DNA of 64,000 nucleotides from Patescibacteria group bacterium (GTDB lineage: Bacteria; Patescibacteriota; Patescibacteriia; Magasanikbacterales; GWA2-37-8): NCBI GenBank assembly GCA_022710645.1, contig JAKLGL010000002.1, forward strand, positions 212,176 through 276,175. Direction: 5' to 3'. Every line of letters starts with the position of its first letter. Position 1 is the stretch's first letter. Positions 51,449-61,400 of this stretch are shown one piece after another. A program made the translations under genes and the position numbers. A model generated the notes under the pieces. It made no database searches and was not told the DNA's origin. It worked only from the letters and a program-made list of their open reading frames with translations.

Positions 51449-52687
51449 TTAAAGGCGAAATTTACCGAAAATATTTTTTATTTTTTCCGAAAAACTCTTG
51501 CTATCGTGCATTTGTTGCTCCAATACATAATCAGCTCCCCATTTTACCAAACTTATAGCCGTAGTGTATGCCGGGTCGTTAATTTTATCTGTCGCCGCTA
51601 TCAAGCCGTAAGGTAACCCCAGAGATGCCGGTAAGCGTAGATACTTTCTGGCAATCTCCAACACACCGGGTAATTTAGCGCTTCCACCGACAAAAACAGC
51701 GCCTGCCGGCAACATACCACTCTTCCCTATTTTCTTCAATTCTTTGTCTATCATAAACATTATTTCTTCAACCCTTGCAGAAATAATCATAGCCATTTCT
51801 TTTTCTTTAACTTTATCATGATCCAAAGAACCAAATTCAAATAAATCATAATCGGCACGGCTATTTAAAGATTCGTTTGTACAAATTCCGTGTTCAATTT
51901 TCAATTTTTCCACTACATCCACATGGTTTCGTAAACCAACAGCCAAATCATTGGTAATATGCACTCCTCCTACAGGTATTACCGCTAAATGTAATAACTC
52001 TCCTTCTTCATAAACTATCAAAGATGTAGTTGTTGCTCCTAAATTGACCAAAACGACTCCCAATTCTTTTTGTTTTGGACTTAATACAGTGTCGGCTATC
52101 GCAATAAGAGATAGAACCATTCCATCAATATCAACTCCGGTACGATAAACAGCTCTGGTTAAATTTTTGATTTGCGAAGATTGACCTAAAATTATTTTTG
52201 TATCAACTTCCAAACGGACACCGGTCATACCTACCGGTTCTTTTATCCCCCCTTGTCCGTCTACAATAAAAGATCTGGGGGTGACATGTAACACTTCATA
52301 ATTCAGAGGTGTGGCTACGGATTTTGAAGATTCGACAGCCCGCCACTTATCGCTTTCCGTAATTTCATTATCGGCTTTTGAAACAACTGAATAACCGCGA
52401 CTGTTTTGAATCAAAGTTTGCGCTCCCGGTATTCCGACAAAAACACTTTCAATAGGGGTTCCGGTAATATGTTCCGCTTGTTCCAAACAAGACGAAACTG
52501 AAGAAACTACATCCTCTATATTGGTAATAACCCCCTTGGAAAGTCCTTCCGAAGGAGCTTCAGCACAACCCAATATCTGAACTTCGGCCAAACCTTGTTT
52601 GTGCAATATCAAATTACCGACAGCCAATCTGACGGCTTGAGAACCTATATCCAAACCAACCAATAAATTTTGCGCTGTTCTTCGCAT
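51449..52687 (-). CDS. ftsA: Cell division protein FtsA
   Basis: Actin-like ATPase with LLVGLDIGS and other FtsA motifs. Confidence 0.85.
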   Translation of the reverse strand: MRRTAQNLLVGLDIGSQAVRLAVGNLILHKQGLAEVQILGCAEAPSEGLSKGVITNIEDVVSSVSSCLEQAEHITGTPIESVFVGIPGAQTLIQNSRGYSVVSKADNEITESDKWRAVESSKSVATPLNYEVLHVTPRSFIVDGQGGIKEPVGMTGVRLEVDTKIILGQSSQIKNLTRAVYRTGVDIDGMVLSLIAIADTVLSPKQKELGVVLVNLGATTTSLIVYEEGELLHLAVIPVGGVHITNDLAVGLRNHVDVVEKLKIEHGICTNESLNSRADYDLFEFGSLDHDKVKEKEMAMIISARVEEIMFMIDKELKKIGKSGMLPAGAVFVGGSAKLPGVLEIARKYLRLPASLGLPYGLIAATDKINDPAYTTAISLVKWGADYVLEQQMHDSKSFSEKIKNIFGKFRL

Positions 52688-52691
52688 ACTT

Positions 52692-53069
52692 TTACATTAA
52701 TTCATTGATAAGACTAGCCATGTGCGGCCAAAAAATAATGATCCCAACTATCAAAGCTCCCAATGCCGTCATAAAAACCGCCGCGGCCATAACATCTTTT
52801 ACAGCTTTCACATAATGATGCAAACGCGGTTTCAACAAATCGGTAAACTGTTCCAAAGCCGTATTAAATATTTCCATTACCAAAACCATACTTATCAAAA
52901 GGACGATAATTATCCATTCTGAACGACGTAACTCAAAAATATAAGATAAAAATATTGTTACAAAACCCAAAAGTATTTGCAAACGAAAATTAGGTTCCGT
53001 ACGAAAAACAAAAATCAACCCTTCCAGAGCGGTTTTAAAACTTGAAAATAAACGCTTCAACGAAAACAT
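52692..53069 (-). CDS. dgkA: Diacylglycerol/undecaprenol kinase (DgkA family)
   Basis: 125 aa, 3 TM. EIFNTALE motif. Confidence 0.7.
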   Translation of the reverse strand: MFSLKRLFSSFKTALEGLIFVFRTEPNFRLQILLGFVTIFLSYIFELRRSEWIIIVLLISMVLVMEIFNTALEQFTDLLKPRLHHYVKAVKDVMAAAVFMTALGALIVGIIIFWPHMASLINELM

Positions 53070-53084
53070 AAAAATTTAAAAAAA

Positions 53085-53513
53085 TTATAATAACGTTTTT
53101 TTGACTATTTTTTCTTGAATTTCAAACATCTTTTTTTCTTTGGTTTTAGTATTATGATCATAACCTGTCAAATGCAATAAACCGTGTGCTAGCATGCGGA
53201 CAAATTCTTCTTTTATCGGAACTCCATATTCTTTTGCTTGTTTTTTTATTTGCTGATAAGAAATGAAAATTTGACCTAAAAAATCTGTTTTTATTTTTTT
53301 GTCTTCTCTGAAAGCAAAAGATAAAACATCCGTAGTTTTATTTCTCCCCCGATACTGATAATTTAATCTTTTCATTTCATTATCACCAATTATTGCCACT
53401 TCGGCCGCAATAAACTTACATTTTGTTTCAGAAGAAAAAAACTTAACCGTTTTTTCAAGCAATTCTTTTTTTATAGGACAATTTATTTTTTTAAAATAAT
53501 CTATAGTAAGCAT
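53085..53513 (-). CDS. ybeY: rRNA maturation endoribonuclease YbeY
   Basis: HGLLHLTGYDH zinc motif. Confidence 0.8.
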   Translation of the reverse strand: MLTIDYFKKINCPIKKELLEKTVKFFSSETKCKFIAAEVAIIGDNEMKRLNYQYRGRNKTTDVLSFAFREDKKIKTDFLGQIFISYQQIKKQAKEYGVPIKEEFVRMLAHGLLHLTGYDHNTKTKEKKMFEIQEKIVKKTLL

Positions 53514-53523
53514 GTTTTTGATA

Positions 53524-54669
53524 TTATTCTTCGCTGTTTTCAGTGGTAGTGGATAAAGTATTTATCAACTTAACCTGATCTTCTAAAACGGTTTGATTGT
53601 TTATTTGAAAATCAAAACTTCGCGCCAACAAAGCAAAGACTGACTTATAATTCACAATCGAACTGTCGGTGGTGTGATAAAGTAAAACATAAACTTTATT
53701 ATTGTATACAAAATAATAAACTAGACCGTCATCTCTGACTTTACCTAAATATTTAGATCTTGTTTCAAAATCTTTTAAAGCCGTAAAATCTTGATTCAAA
53801 GCCATTCTGGTAAACCAAGCGTTAAAATCTTCTCCTTCTTTCAAATCGGAAACTCTGACTTCTATATTTTCACCACTAAGCGTACTAAACAGTATTTGCC
53901 TTTCTTCTTCATCCACACTTCCGATAGCCCAATGAATCGGAATTTGCAAACGATAGCCAAAATTGGGATTTTCATATGATTTTACCAAACCCGAATCGAT
54001 TAATTTTTGAGGTTCAAAACCTTTTGGATTGTACAAGTTAAATATTTCAACCCCGTCCGGATATTTATCTTTGTCCGTATCAAAATCTCCAGGATCGGTT
54101 TGAAATTCTTCTTCGGCCAAATCCGTCAAACCATCTTCGTCCAAATCAGCGCTTTCAGCCAATAGTGTCGAAGGGAAATCTAACGGCAACTCTTTGATAA
54201 CAACTTCCAAAGTTGTGGTCTGAGGTTCGGAAATAACAGGAATTTCAACTGAAGAACTGTTAATTAAATTGTTTTCAATGGTAGTGGTGGGTAAAACGGT
54301 TATATCTATAAAACCATTATCGGAAACTTCCGGCTGCTGAACGTTAAAATAATTTTTCCAATAATAATATCCGCCAAAAATCAAAATTGTTGCGAAAAAA
54401 ATCAATCCGGCAAAAACAGCCAAAAATTTTGAATTGGTAAACAAGTTGGTCAAATGCCAATCCCCTTCCGCTCCGGCGGCGGTTTTGGTAAAAAATATTT
54501 TCTTCTCTTGCGGGGTCAATTTTTCCGTTTTATCTTTTTTAAAATCAACTTCCGATAATACGTTTTTAAAATTGACAACCGGATTTTTTCCCCCGTAAAA
54601 ATCATCCGGAATAGTGTTGACTGTTATAGAGCTTTCGGGCAATAAATTGTCTTGTTTTTTGCCAAACAT
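53524..54669 (-). CDS. Membrane-anchored protein with TSP3-like Ca-binding repeats and a C-terminal globular domain
   Basis: ~80-aa cytoplasmic N-terminus, one TM. DLDEDGLTDLAEE and DTDKDKYPDGVE motifs. Confidence 0.5.
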   Translation of the reverse strand: MFGKKQDNLLPESSITVNTIPDDFYGGKNPVVNFKNVLSEVDFKKDKTEKLTPQEKKIFFTKTAAGAEGDWHLTNLFTNSKFLAVFAGLIFFATILIFGGYYYWKNYFNVQQPEVSDNGFIDITVLPTTTIENNLINSSSVEIPVISEPQTTTLEVVIKELPLDFPSTLLAESADLDEDGLTDLAEEEFQTDPGDFDTDKDKYPDGVEIFNLYNPKGFEPQKLIDSGLVKSYENPNFGYRLQIPIHWAIGSVDEEERQILFSTLSGENIEVRVSDLKEGEDFNAWFTRMALNQDFTALKDFETRSKYLGKVRDDGLVYYFVYNNKVYVLLYHTTDSSIVNYKSVFALLARSFDFQINNQTVLEDQVKLINTLSTTTENSEE

Positions 54670-54672
54670 ACA

Positions 54673-55416
54673 TTATTGTGATTTTTCATTGTTAGGAGTA
54701 GTGGAAACATTTTCCTCGGTCGTGGAAAAAATCTTGCCTATTCCCAAAGGATTGTAACCGTTTTTAACCTCCGTACCGTCGTTAAATCCATCTCCGTCCG
54801 TATCCGGATTTAGAGGATTAGTCTTCCAAATTATAACTTCATCACCGTCTATCAAGCCATCACTATCGGAATCCGGTTTATTTTGACCTGTTCCCAATTC
54901 TTTTTCGCGAACATCATCCAAACCGTCCTTATCGCTATCTATAGGTTCTCCAAACAAGACTTCATCCACCTTCATATCTACCACAGCATCATCGGTAGTG
55001 GTTTGAGTTTCCGAAGATAAAGGAGTTTTGATCTCGGCTTTGGTTTCCGAATTATCGTTTTTTTCTTTTTGGGTTTCATCTACGATAATAATTTGGCTTT
55101 TAGCCGATAAAAAATTATCATAAATCCAAAAGCCCCCGATGGCGATTCCGGCCAAAAGAACACCTATCAATACTATGAGGATTATCTTTCCCAAAATAGG
55201 TTCCTTTACTACGTACTTTTTTTCATCATTTACCAAAACTGTCGGAGTGGTTTGTTGATAATCAAAATTTTCTTTTTTCTTTAACATCCCAGCCTCCAAA
55301 GCGTTTGGCGCTTCGTTCTTAATCGTATCATCAAAATCTCCGAACATATCTTTCGGTTCTTCTACCGGTAAATTTTGCGGCGGGATGCCGTTATTAAATT
55401 TTTCATCGTCAAACAT
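54673..55416 (-). CDS. Membrane-anchored protein with three TSP3-like repeats
   Basis: One TM. DSDKDGLDD, DSDSDGLIDGDE and DTDGDGFNDGTE. Confidence 0.5.
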   Translation of the reverse strand: MFDDEKFNNGIPPQNLPVEEPKDMFGDFDDTIKNEAPNALEAGMLKKKENFDYQQTTPTVLVNDEKKYVVKEPILGKIILIVLIGVLLAGIAIGGFWIYDNFLSAKSQIIIVDETQKEKNDNSETKAEIKTPLSSETQTTTDDAVVDMKVDEVLFGEPIDSDKDGLDDVREKELGTGQNKPDSDSDGLIDGDEVIIWKTNPLNPDTDGDGFNDGTEVKNGYNPLGIGKIFSTTEENVSTTPNNEKSQ

Positions 55417-55454
55417 AAAAATAAAAATTAACCTAATTTCAAAAAAATAAAAAT

Positions 55455-58400
55455 TTAAAAAAGCGGATTACACAAACCGTAAGGCGGAACCAACAAAGGT
55501 GTAAATCTTGTATTTGGCGGGCAGCAAAAACCACTGTCAGTGACAGCTTTTTGTCCTAACGGACATTCGTTGTATTGTAATTTACAATCCGAATTACACC
55601 AAGAACAGGCCGAATACCCGTTTGGAATTATACATTCTACCCCGTTTTTCACACCATTGTCGCAAGTTTCTCCTTGTTCGCTTTGTAAGACTTCATTGCC
55701 ACAATTTTTGTCTTCTTGAGGTTCTGTTTCAGAGGAAGCGCCCGTATTTTTCATACAATATTGATTACATGCTTTATCTTCTCCGTTTTCCTTGCCATTA
55801 TCACATTCCTCTTCACCATTAATTTTTTCATCACCACAATATCCTCCCGGACCTTTACAGTTCCACGCGCAAGAATAACCGGATTTAAAACTGTATTCTC
55901 GACAAGTCGGATTTTTAATAATACCCAGAATATCTCCCGCAAAACTTTCAGCATCGTCCAAGTTTTTAACAACTTTAAAAATACCTCCGGTATTTTTTGC
56001 CTCATTAGCCAAATCAGAATTAATATTACCCCAACCTATACCAAACATGCTTACTTTTATTCCTCTTTTTCCAGCTTCTTTTATAGCTTCAATTGCAGGA
56101 CTGTCTGCATTAGGCTCTCCGTCTGTTACTATAATCAAATTTCTATTCGAATAACTCCAAAGAGGCTCTGAAGCAGAATTAAATTTATCATTTATTACAG
56201 TAAATATAGCTTCTCCGGTAGGAGTGTTTCCGGAGGGATTACGTGAATTTCTTAAATTTAGAACTATATTTTTATTTAGATATAAATTATAATCTAAAAA
56301 TTCATAAACATAACCAGTTTGATATCCCATTTCTCTGATCGTATCGCCATAATTTATTTTTCCTATATTACCAGCTCCACTACCTCCAAAGAAGGAAGCG
56401 CCAAATTTAACTTCTTTAGCATCAATAATTTTCTCCATCGCCACAGGTACAGTCGAAGTTACCACAGACCATCTCATAGGATTTTCCGTGGAAATTATTG
56501 TATTCTGACCATTCAAAGGCCAAGTCATAGAGCCGGATACATCTATTAAAAAATAAGCCACCGCATTTTCATAGTCTGGATTAATTCCTGAAGAAAAAAC
56601 ACATTTATTCAATACTGTATCTGTATCGCAATATTCTCCAACATCCAATCTCCCGTTTCCACAAACCGGTGTGGTTGTCGGACGACAATTTGTCCAGCAA
56701 AAACCCAACTGACCGTTATTTTCTCCATCATCACAAAGCTCTCCCAATTCAATTTGAATTTTACCGTCACCGCAAGTCCCCAATGAAGAGCACTCTAAAT
56801 TACTTACTGTGGAAGTGCTTTTACAATCATTGGAACATTTAATTCCTGAATAATTACCTTTCGGATTGGTGGCGCAAGGAGAAATATTACTGCTCAAAAT
56901 TTTACCGGGCGGATCACATTTTTCTCCTTTATTAACATTGACCACTCCGTCACCGCAAATACCTTGTTGACTTGACATTATTTCTGACTCGCAAAAACTA
57001 CTCTGAACAAAATTCGAACCCAGCCCGAATTTGGTTCTGATAGAACTCCAAGCCGAATTCTGTAAGCCGTCTTCTTCTTTTGTCCATCTTAAGCTGTAAT
57101 TTCCGGAATTTTCATCATTAATATAACCGTAAGCTAAAGAATTTTCTCCGCAAGCAAAGCTAAACCTCATATCTTCTGCGCTCCAACCGGTTTGAGGGTC
57201 GTGTAATTGACAAATATTTTCAAATTTAGCGTTATAATCGCTTACAGATCCGCCAAAACCGGTTCCGGCATAAAAATAAATTTCATCCATTTGCCCTTTG
57301 AATCCCTCTCCGATAATCACGTCTTCATTGTTATCACCTATCCTGATTTGATTTTTATCGGCGATATTGTGGGGTTGTATTCCTGTTTTTACCGTTTGAA
57401 ACTCTTTACTATCAACAACCATATACATCAAACCGGAAGAAGTGGCGTAACGCACCAAAACATGATGCCATTTATTCAAAGATAGAGGCTCATTCGTATC
57501 TATGGCAAAATATTGTTTGGAAGCCAGAGAATCATTTGAGGCGGGAAAAACAGCAAAACGCAAGGTACCGTTATTGGCTATCGGAGAAGTACCGGCAAAA
57601 CTCAATTTATCATATTCAATCATAAATCCTCCGAGAGTATTATTTGTCGCCGTATCCGACCAGCCTCCTTTTTTGATTAATATCGCCGGAGTTTGTTCCG
57701 TAGGTTTAAACCAAAAAGATAGCGCGAAATTTTCCAAATCAACATTATATCTATCAAGATGCTTTAAAACAATCTTTTCATTACCCGAAGAAAAACCGAA
57801 ACTCTGACCATGACCGAGACCGGTTGCAAATTTTACACCAGAATTAATGCCGTTATTTTTTATAAGAGAATAATCGGTAAAATCTCCTTCCCCTGCCCAA
57901 TAACCCGCTTTTCCAATTTCGGAAGGCACCGGACCGCAATCATTATCAATAACACACCCTTTTCCTGAATTTTTTAAACATGTGCCGGCTGAAGCCAATT
58001 TATTCACCGGATCTATTGGCAATGATTGACCTAATTGAGAACCCAGTTCACTCTTCCAAGAATTTTCCCAAATACTAAAAGCCCTATTGTTCAAAAAAGT
58101 ATTTTCTGTTATTTTCGGATAATTTCCACCGTTGTTTGCGGCATAAGCAGACAAAGAAATTTTCAATGTTCGCATATTTTGCAAACGTTGATAATTTCTT
58201 TGTATCTTCTCTTTTTGGTTCAAACAAACAGGTTTTCCAGGAATTTTTGCACAATCCAAATCAGTATCGCAAATACCGGTCGGATCATCATCAAAAATCG
58301 TATCTCCGCAAGCTTTACTACTATAATCGCTGTTTAAATTCTTATTAAATTTGAGATTATTTAGTATTTGATCAAAGACATTTTTTGTCTGAGCGTCGGC

Positions 58401-61400
58401 ATATGCGCTTAAACTGAGTAAATAAATATTTGAATAAACATTTGAAGACACGTTTAAGGCCGCTATATAGACATTGTTTCCAGTTTGATCTACGGCAGCA
58501 TCATAACCGTCTATTTTCAAAGTATTAAATCCGGAATACCCTTTCGCATTAAGCCATTCGTTTAATGTTAGATGTTCATCATTTCTGAAAATTTTGATAC
58601 CTATAGCATCGGCATTTTTATCGTTGGTTAACAAATAATATTTCAAAAGATCTATTTCAGCCGTAGTGGTAACTATCGGTTTCATATATGGTAAATCGTC
58701 TTTTGTTCCTAATGCTCCGTTATCAGCGCAATAAAAAGCGCTAAAATTGGTAAACGGACCTTGGTTGTTATTTGCCCCCGTAAAACCGGTAGCCGTGGTT
58801 TCCGGATTAAAATCAAAATTAAAAGCATCGTAATTTTCAGAACTGTCGTCAAAAGGCCAAACTTTTTGACCGTTTACTTCAAACGGCGGCCAAGGATTTT
58901 CACAGAGAAAAACCGTTATCCTACTTCTACCTTTAACATTTGACTTGGTTGTTGAAACAACGGAAAAAACATCTCCTTCACCGTTTTGATTGCCGGAAAT
59001 AACGGTAGTGGTACTATTGTTTAATTGACCGCTCAAACGAAAAGAATTACTATTATCTTTACTCCAAATATAATCCCATGAATAGGCCGGAGTTCGTTGA
59101 ATCAATTGAGAATTTTTGGCTTTAACGACTGCTTCAATGGTGGTGTTGGTATTTGCTTTGGTAAACAAAACCGTAGAGGGCACGACATCTACCGAACCCA
59201 CTTCGCAAACTTCATTTATACCCCAAGTGGTAAAAGTAAATTGAAAAGGATATTTTTTGCCGTTGATTAAGTTTTCACCGATACTAACACCTTTATCGTC
59301 TTTAATACCGTTTCTTAAAATAACTTTGTACGTCGTAGTATTACCAAAAAGAGCTTTTTCCAAAGAAATACTTACATCAAAAGTTTTATCTACGCTATTA
59401 TAAGAAACTTTCGGCTCTCCCATAAATTCCCCCGTGCACCATTGCGCCGAAACTTTTTCCAGACTGAAAATCCTTTGAAAAAAACCAACGGTTATTGTCC
59501 AAAACTTTTTATACCATGGTAAAACATCATTATTATTCAAAAGAACCAATTCGTCATTATTTATAATTTGTGTTCCCGAACAAAAAGACGAAGGGGCTGA
59601 TCCATAATCTCTGGCAATCAACAAGTTTCCTTTTAAAGTTGAAACATCTATTGGTCTATCAAAAGAAACTTTGATAACAGTATTTGGACAAACACCTTCT
59701 TCTTTATCTTCCGGGTAAGTGGACATTTTAACAGGTCGAGGATAGCAGCAAGAATTTTTTCCTACTCCATAATTAGCATTACCGGTCGCCATTTGGCACT
59801 CTTCATCGGTTTGATACCCGCAAATCAAATTAAATTTTCCCGTTGCTGATTTGTTTTTTGTCGTCAGCACCGCTCTTATCTGCGCGGTTTTTAACGGATT
59901 ATCATCATCAAAAAATTCTCCGACCGCCGTAGTCAAAGACCAAGGAGAAACAAAATTATTTTCACCGTATAATTTTTCTTCACAATAAGCATCTTCATCT
60001 GTTGAAACTTTTTTATCTCCGCAAACCGATGGCAGATTTTTGAACAAAGAAGAACCTGTTTTGGTTTTATTGGCAAACAAACAAGCGGAAGTACAATTTG
60101 AACCACTATCACAATCTTCATCGGGTTCCAAAACACCGTTTCCACACTGACTAACGGCCAAAGAACATTTTTGTTCAAAATCTTTTTTTCTTTTGGAGAA
60201 ATCAGTATCTGACTCCGAACCGACTTTATTATGATATAAATCATAATTATCACTACACCATTTAGAACTCAATACCGTGCCTTGATGCAAACAATTTGCG
60301 GAACAAAACATGGCGGAATCGTTTCTCCCCGCATTACCGACAATTCCCAAATCGCAATCTTCTTGCGCGCTCACCAAACCGTCTCCACACTCGGCGGCTC
60401 CGGTATCAAGCGGATTTAATTTTTCTTTAGGTAAAGATCCTGTCTTAGTTTTAGAAATAGATAAACAATCAAAACCGCAATTACCGCCTGTATAAGTATT
60501 AGGGGTATCGCAATCTTCGCCAGCCTCAACTTTACCGTTACCGCACATCGGATAATTATAATTATAAACTCCTTTGATTATGGTACTTCCTCTTTTTAAA
60601 CAATTGGTCAAACAAAAAGGATTGTTTCCGGCCACCACAAAAGCCGAAGTAGTAGCTACTTGAATATTTGAACTGGACCAGCCCCAATTAAAATCATAAG
60701 GATCTATTTTTTGTCCTTTGGAACTGCATTCATCCGGGGCGCTATAAACCTCAGATGCAAATATTTTCTTTTCACCTATAGCGTAAGCATTGAAAACTTT
60801 GGGTAGAACTTCCACCCTATCGGCATCGCAAAGTTTCTCTTTGGTTTTAAAACGCCAAACAAAATTTCTTGCAAAAGGAGAACCTTTGATATTATTGTCG
60901 GAATCTGAACCAGCGGAAAACAAAGTGCCGGAAGAAATATTAACTATATAATAAGTATTTGTAGATAAAGTACCTACACCTAAATCTAGAACCAAGTTAT
61001 GAAAACCTGACTCGGCGGTAAAACTAAAAGCGTTACTCACACTACTGGTTACAGCACAATCGGCTCCATCATTACATTTGATAAGTGAAACACTACCGGG
61101 TGTAAAATTATTTGACATAGCCAAATTAAACTTGGCAAAAACAACCGAATTTGGACAGGCAATAAAACAATTTGGCGCATATTCTATAATTTCCGGTTTA
61201 CTCAAATCTATTATCAATTCCCCTTCGCCTGTTTTGGAAATAAGATTTTTGGAGGCCGTAGCTTCAAAAACAGCTGCGCTTTCCGAAAGACCAGCAACTC
61301 CGACAGTGTTAGCTAAAGCAGAAACAGTGGAAGTGTTTTTATTTATCGCTCCAAAAATATTCGCAAAAGTCGGATTTTTGGCGTTCCATAACCAATTATA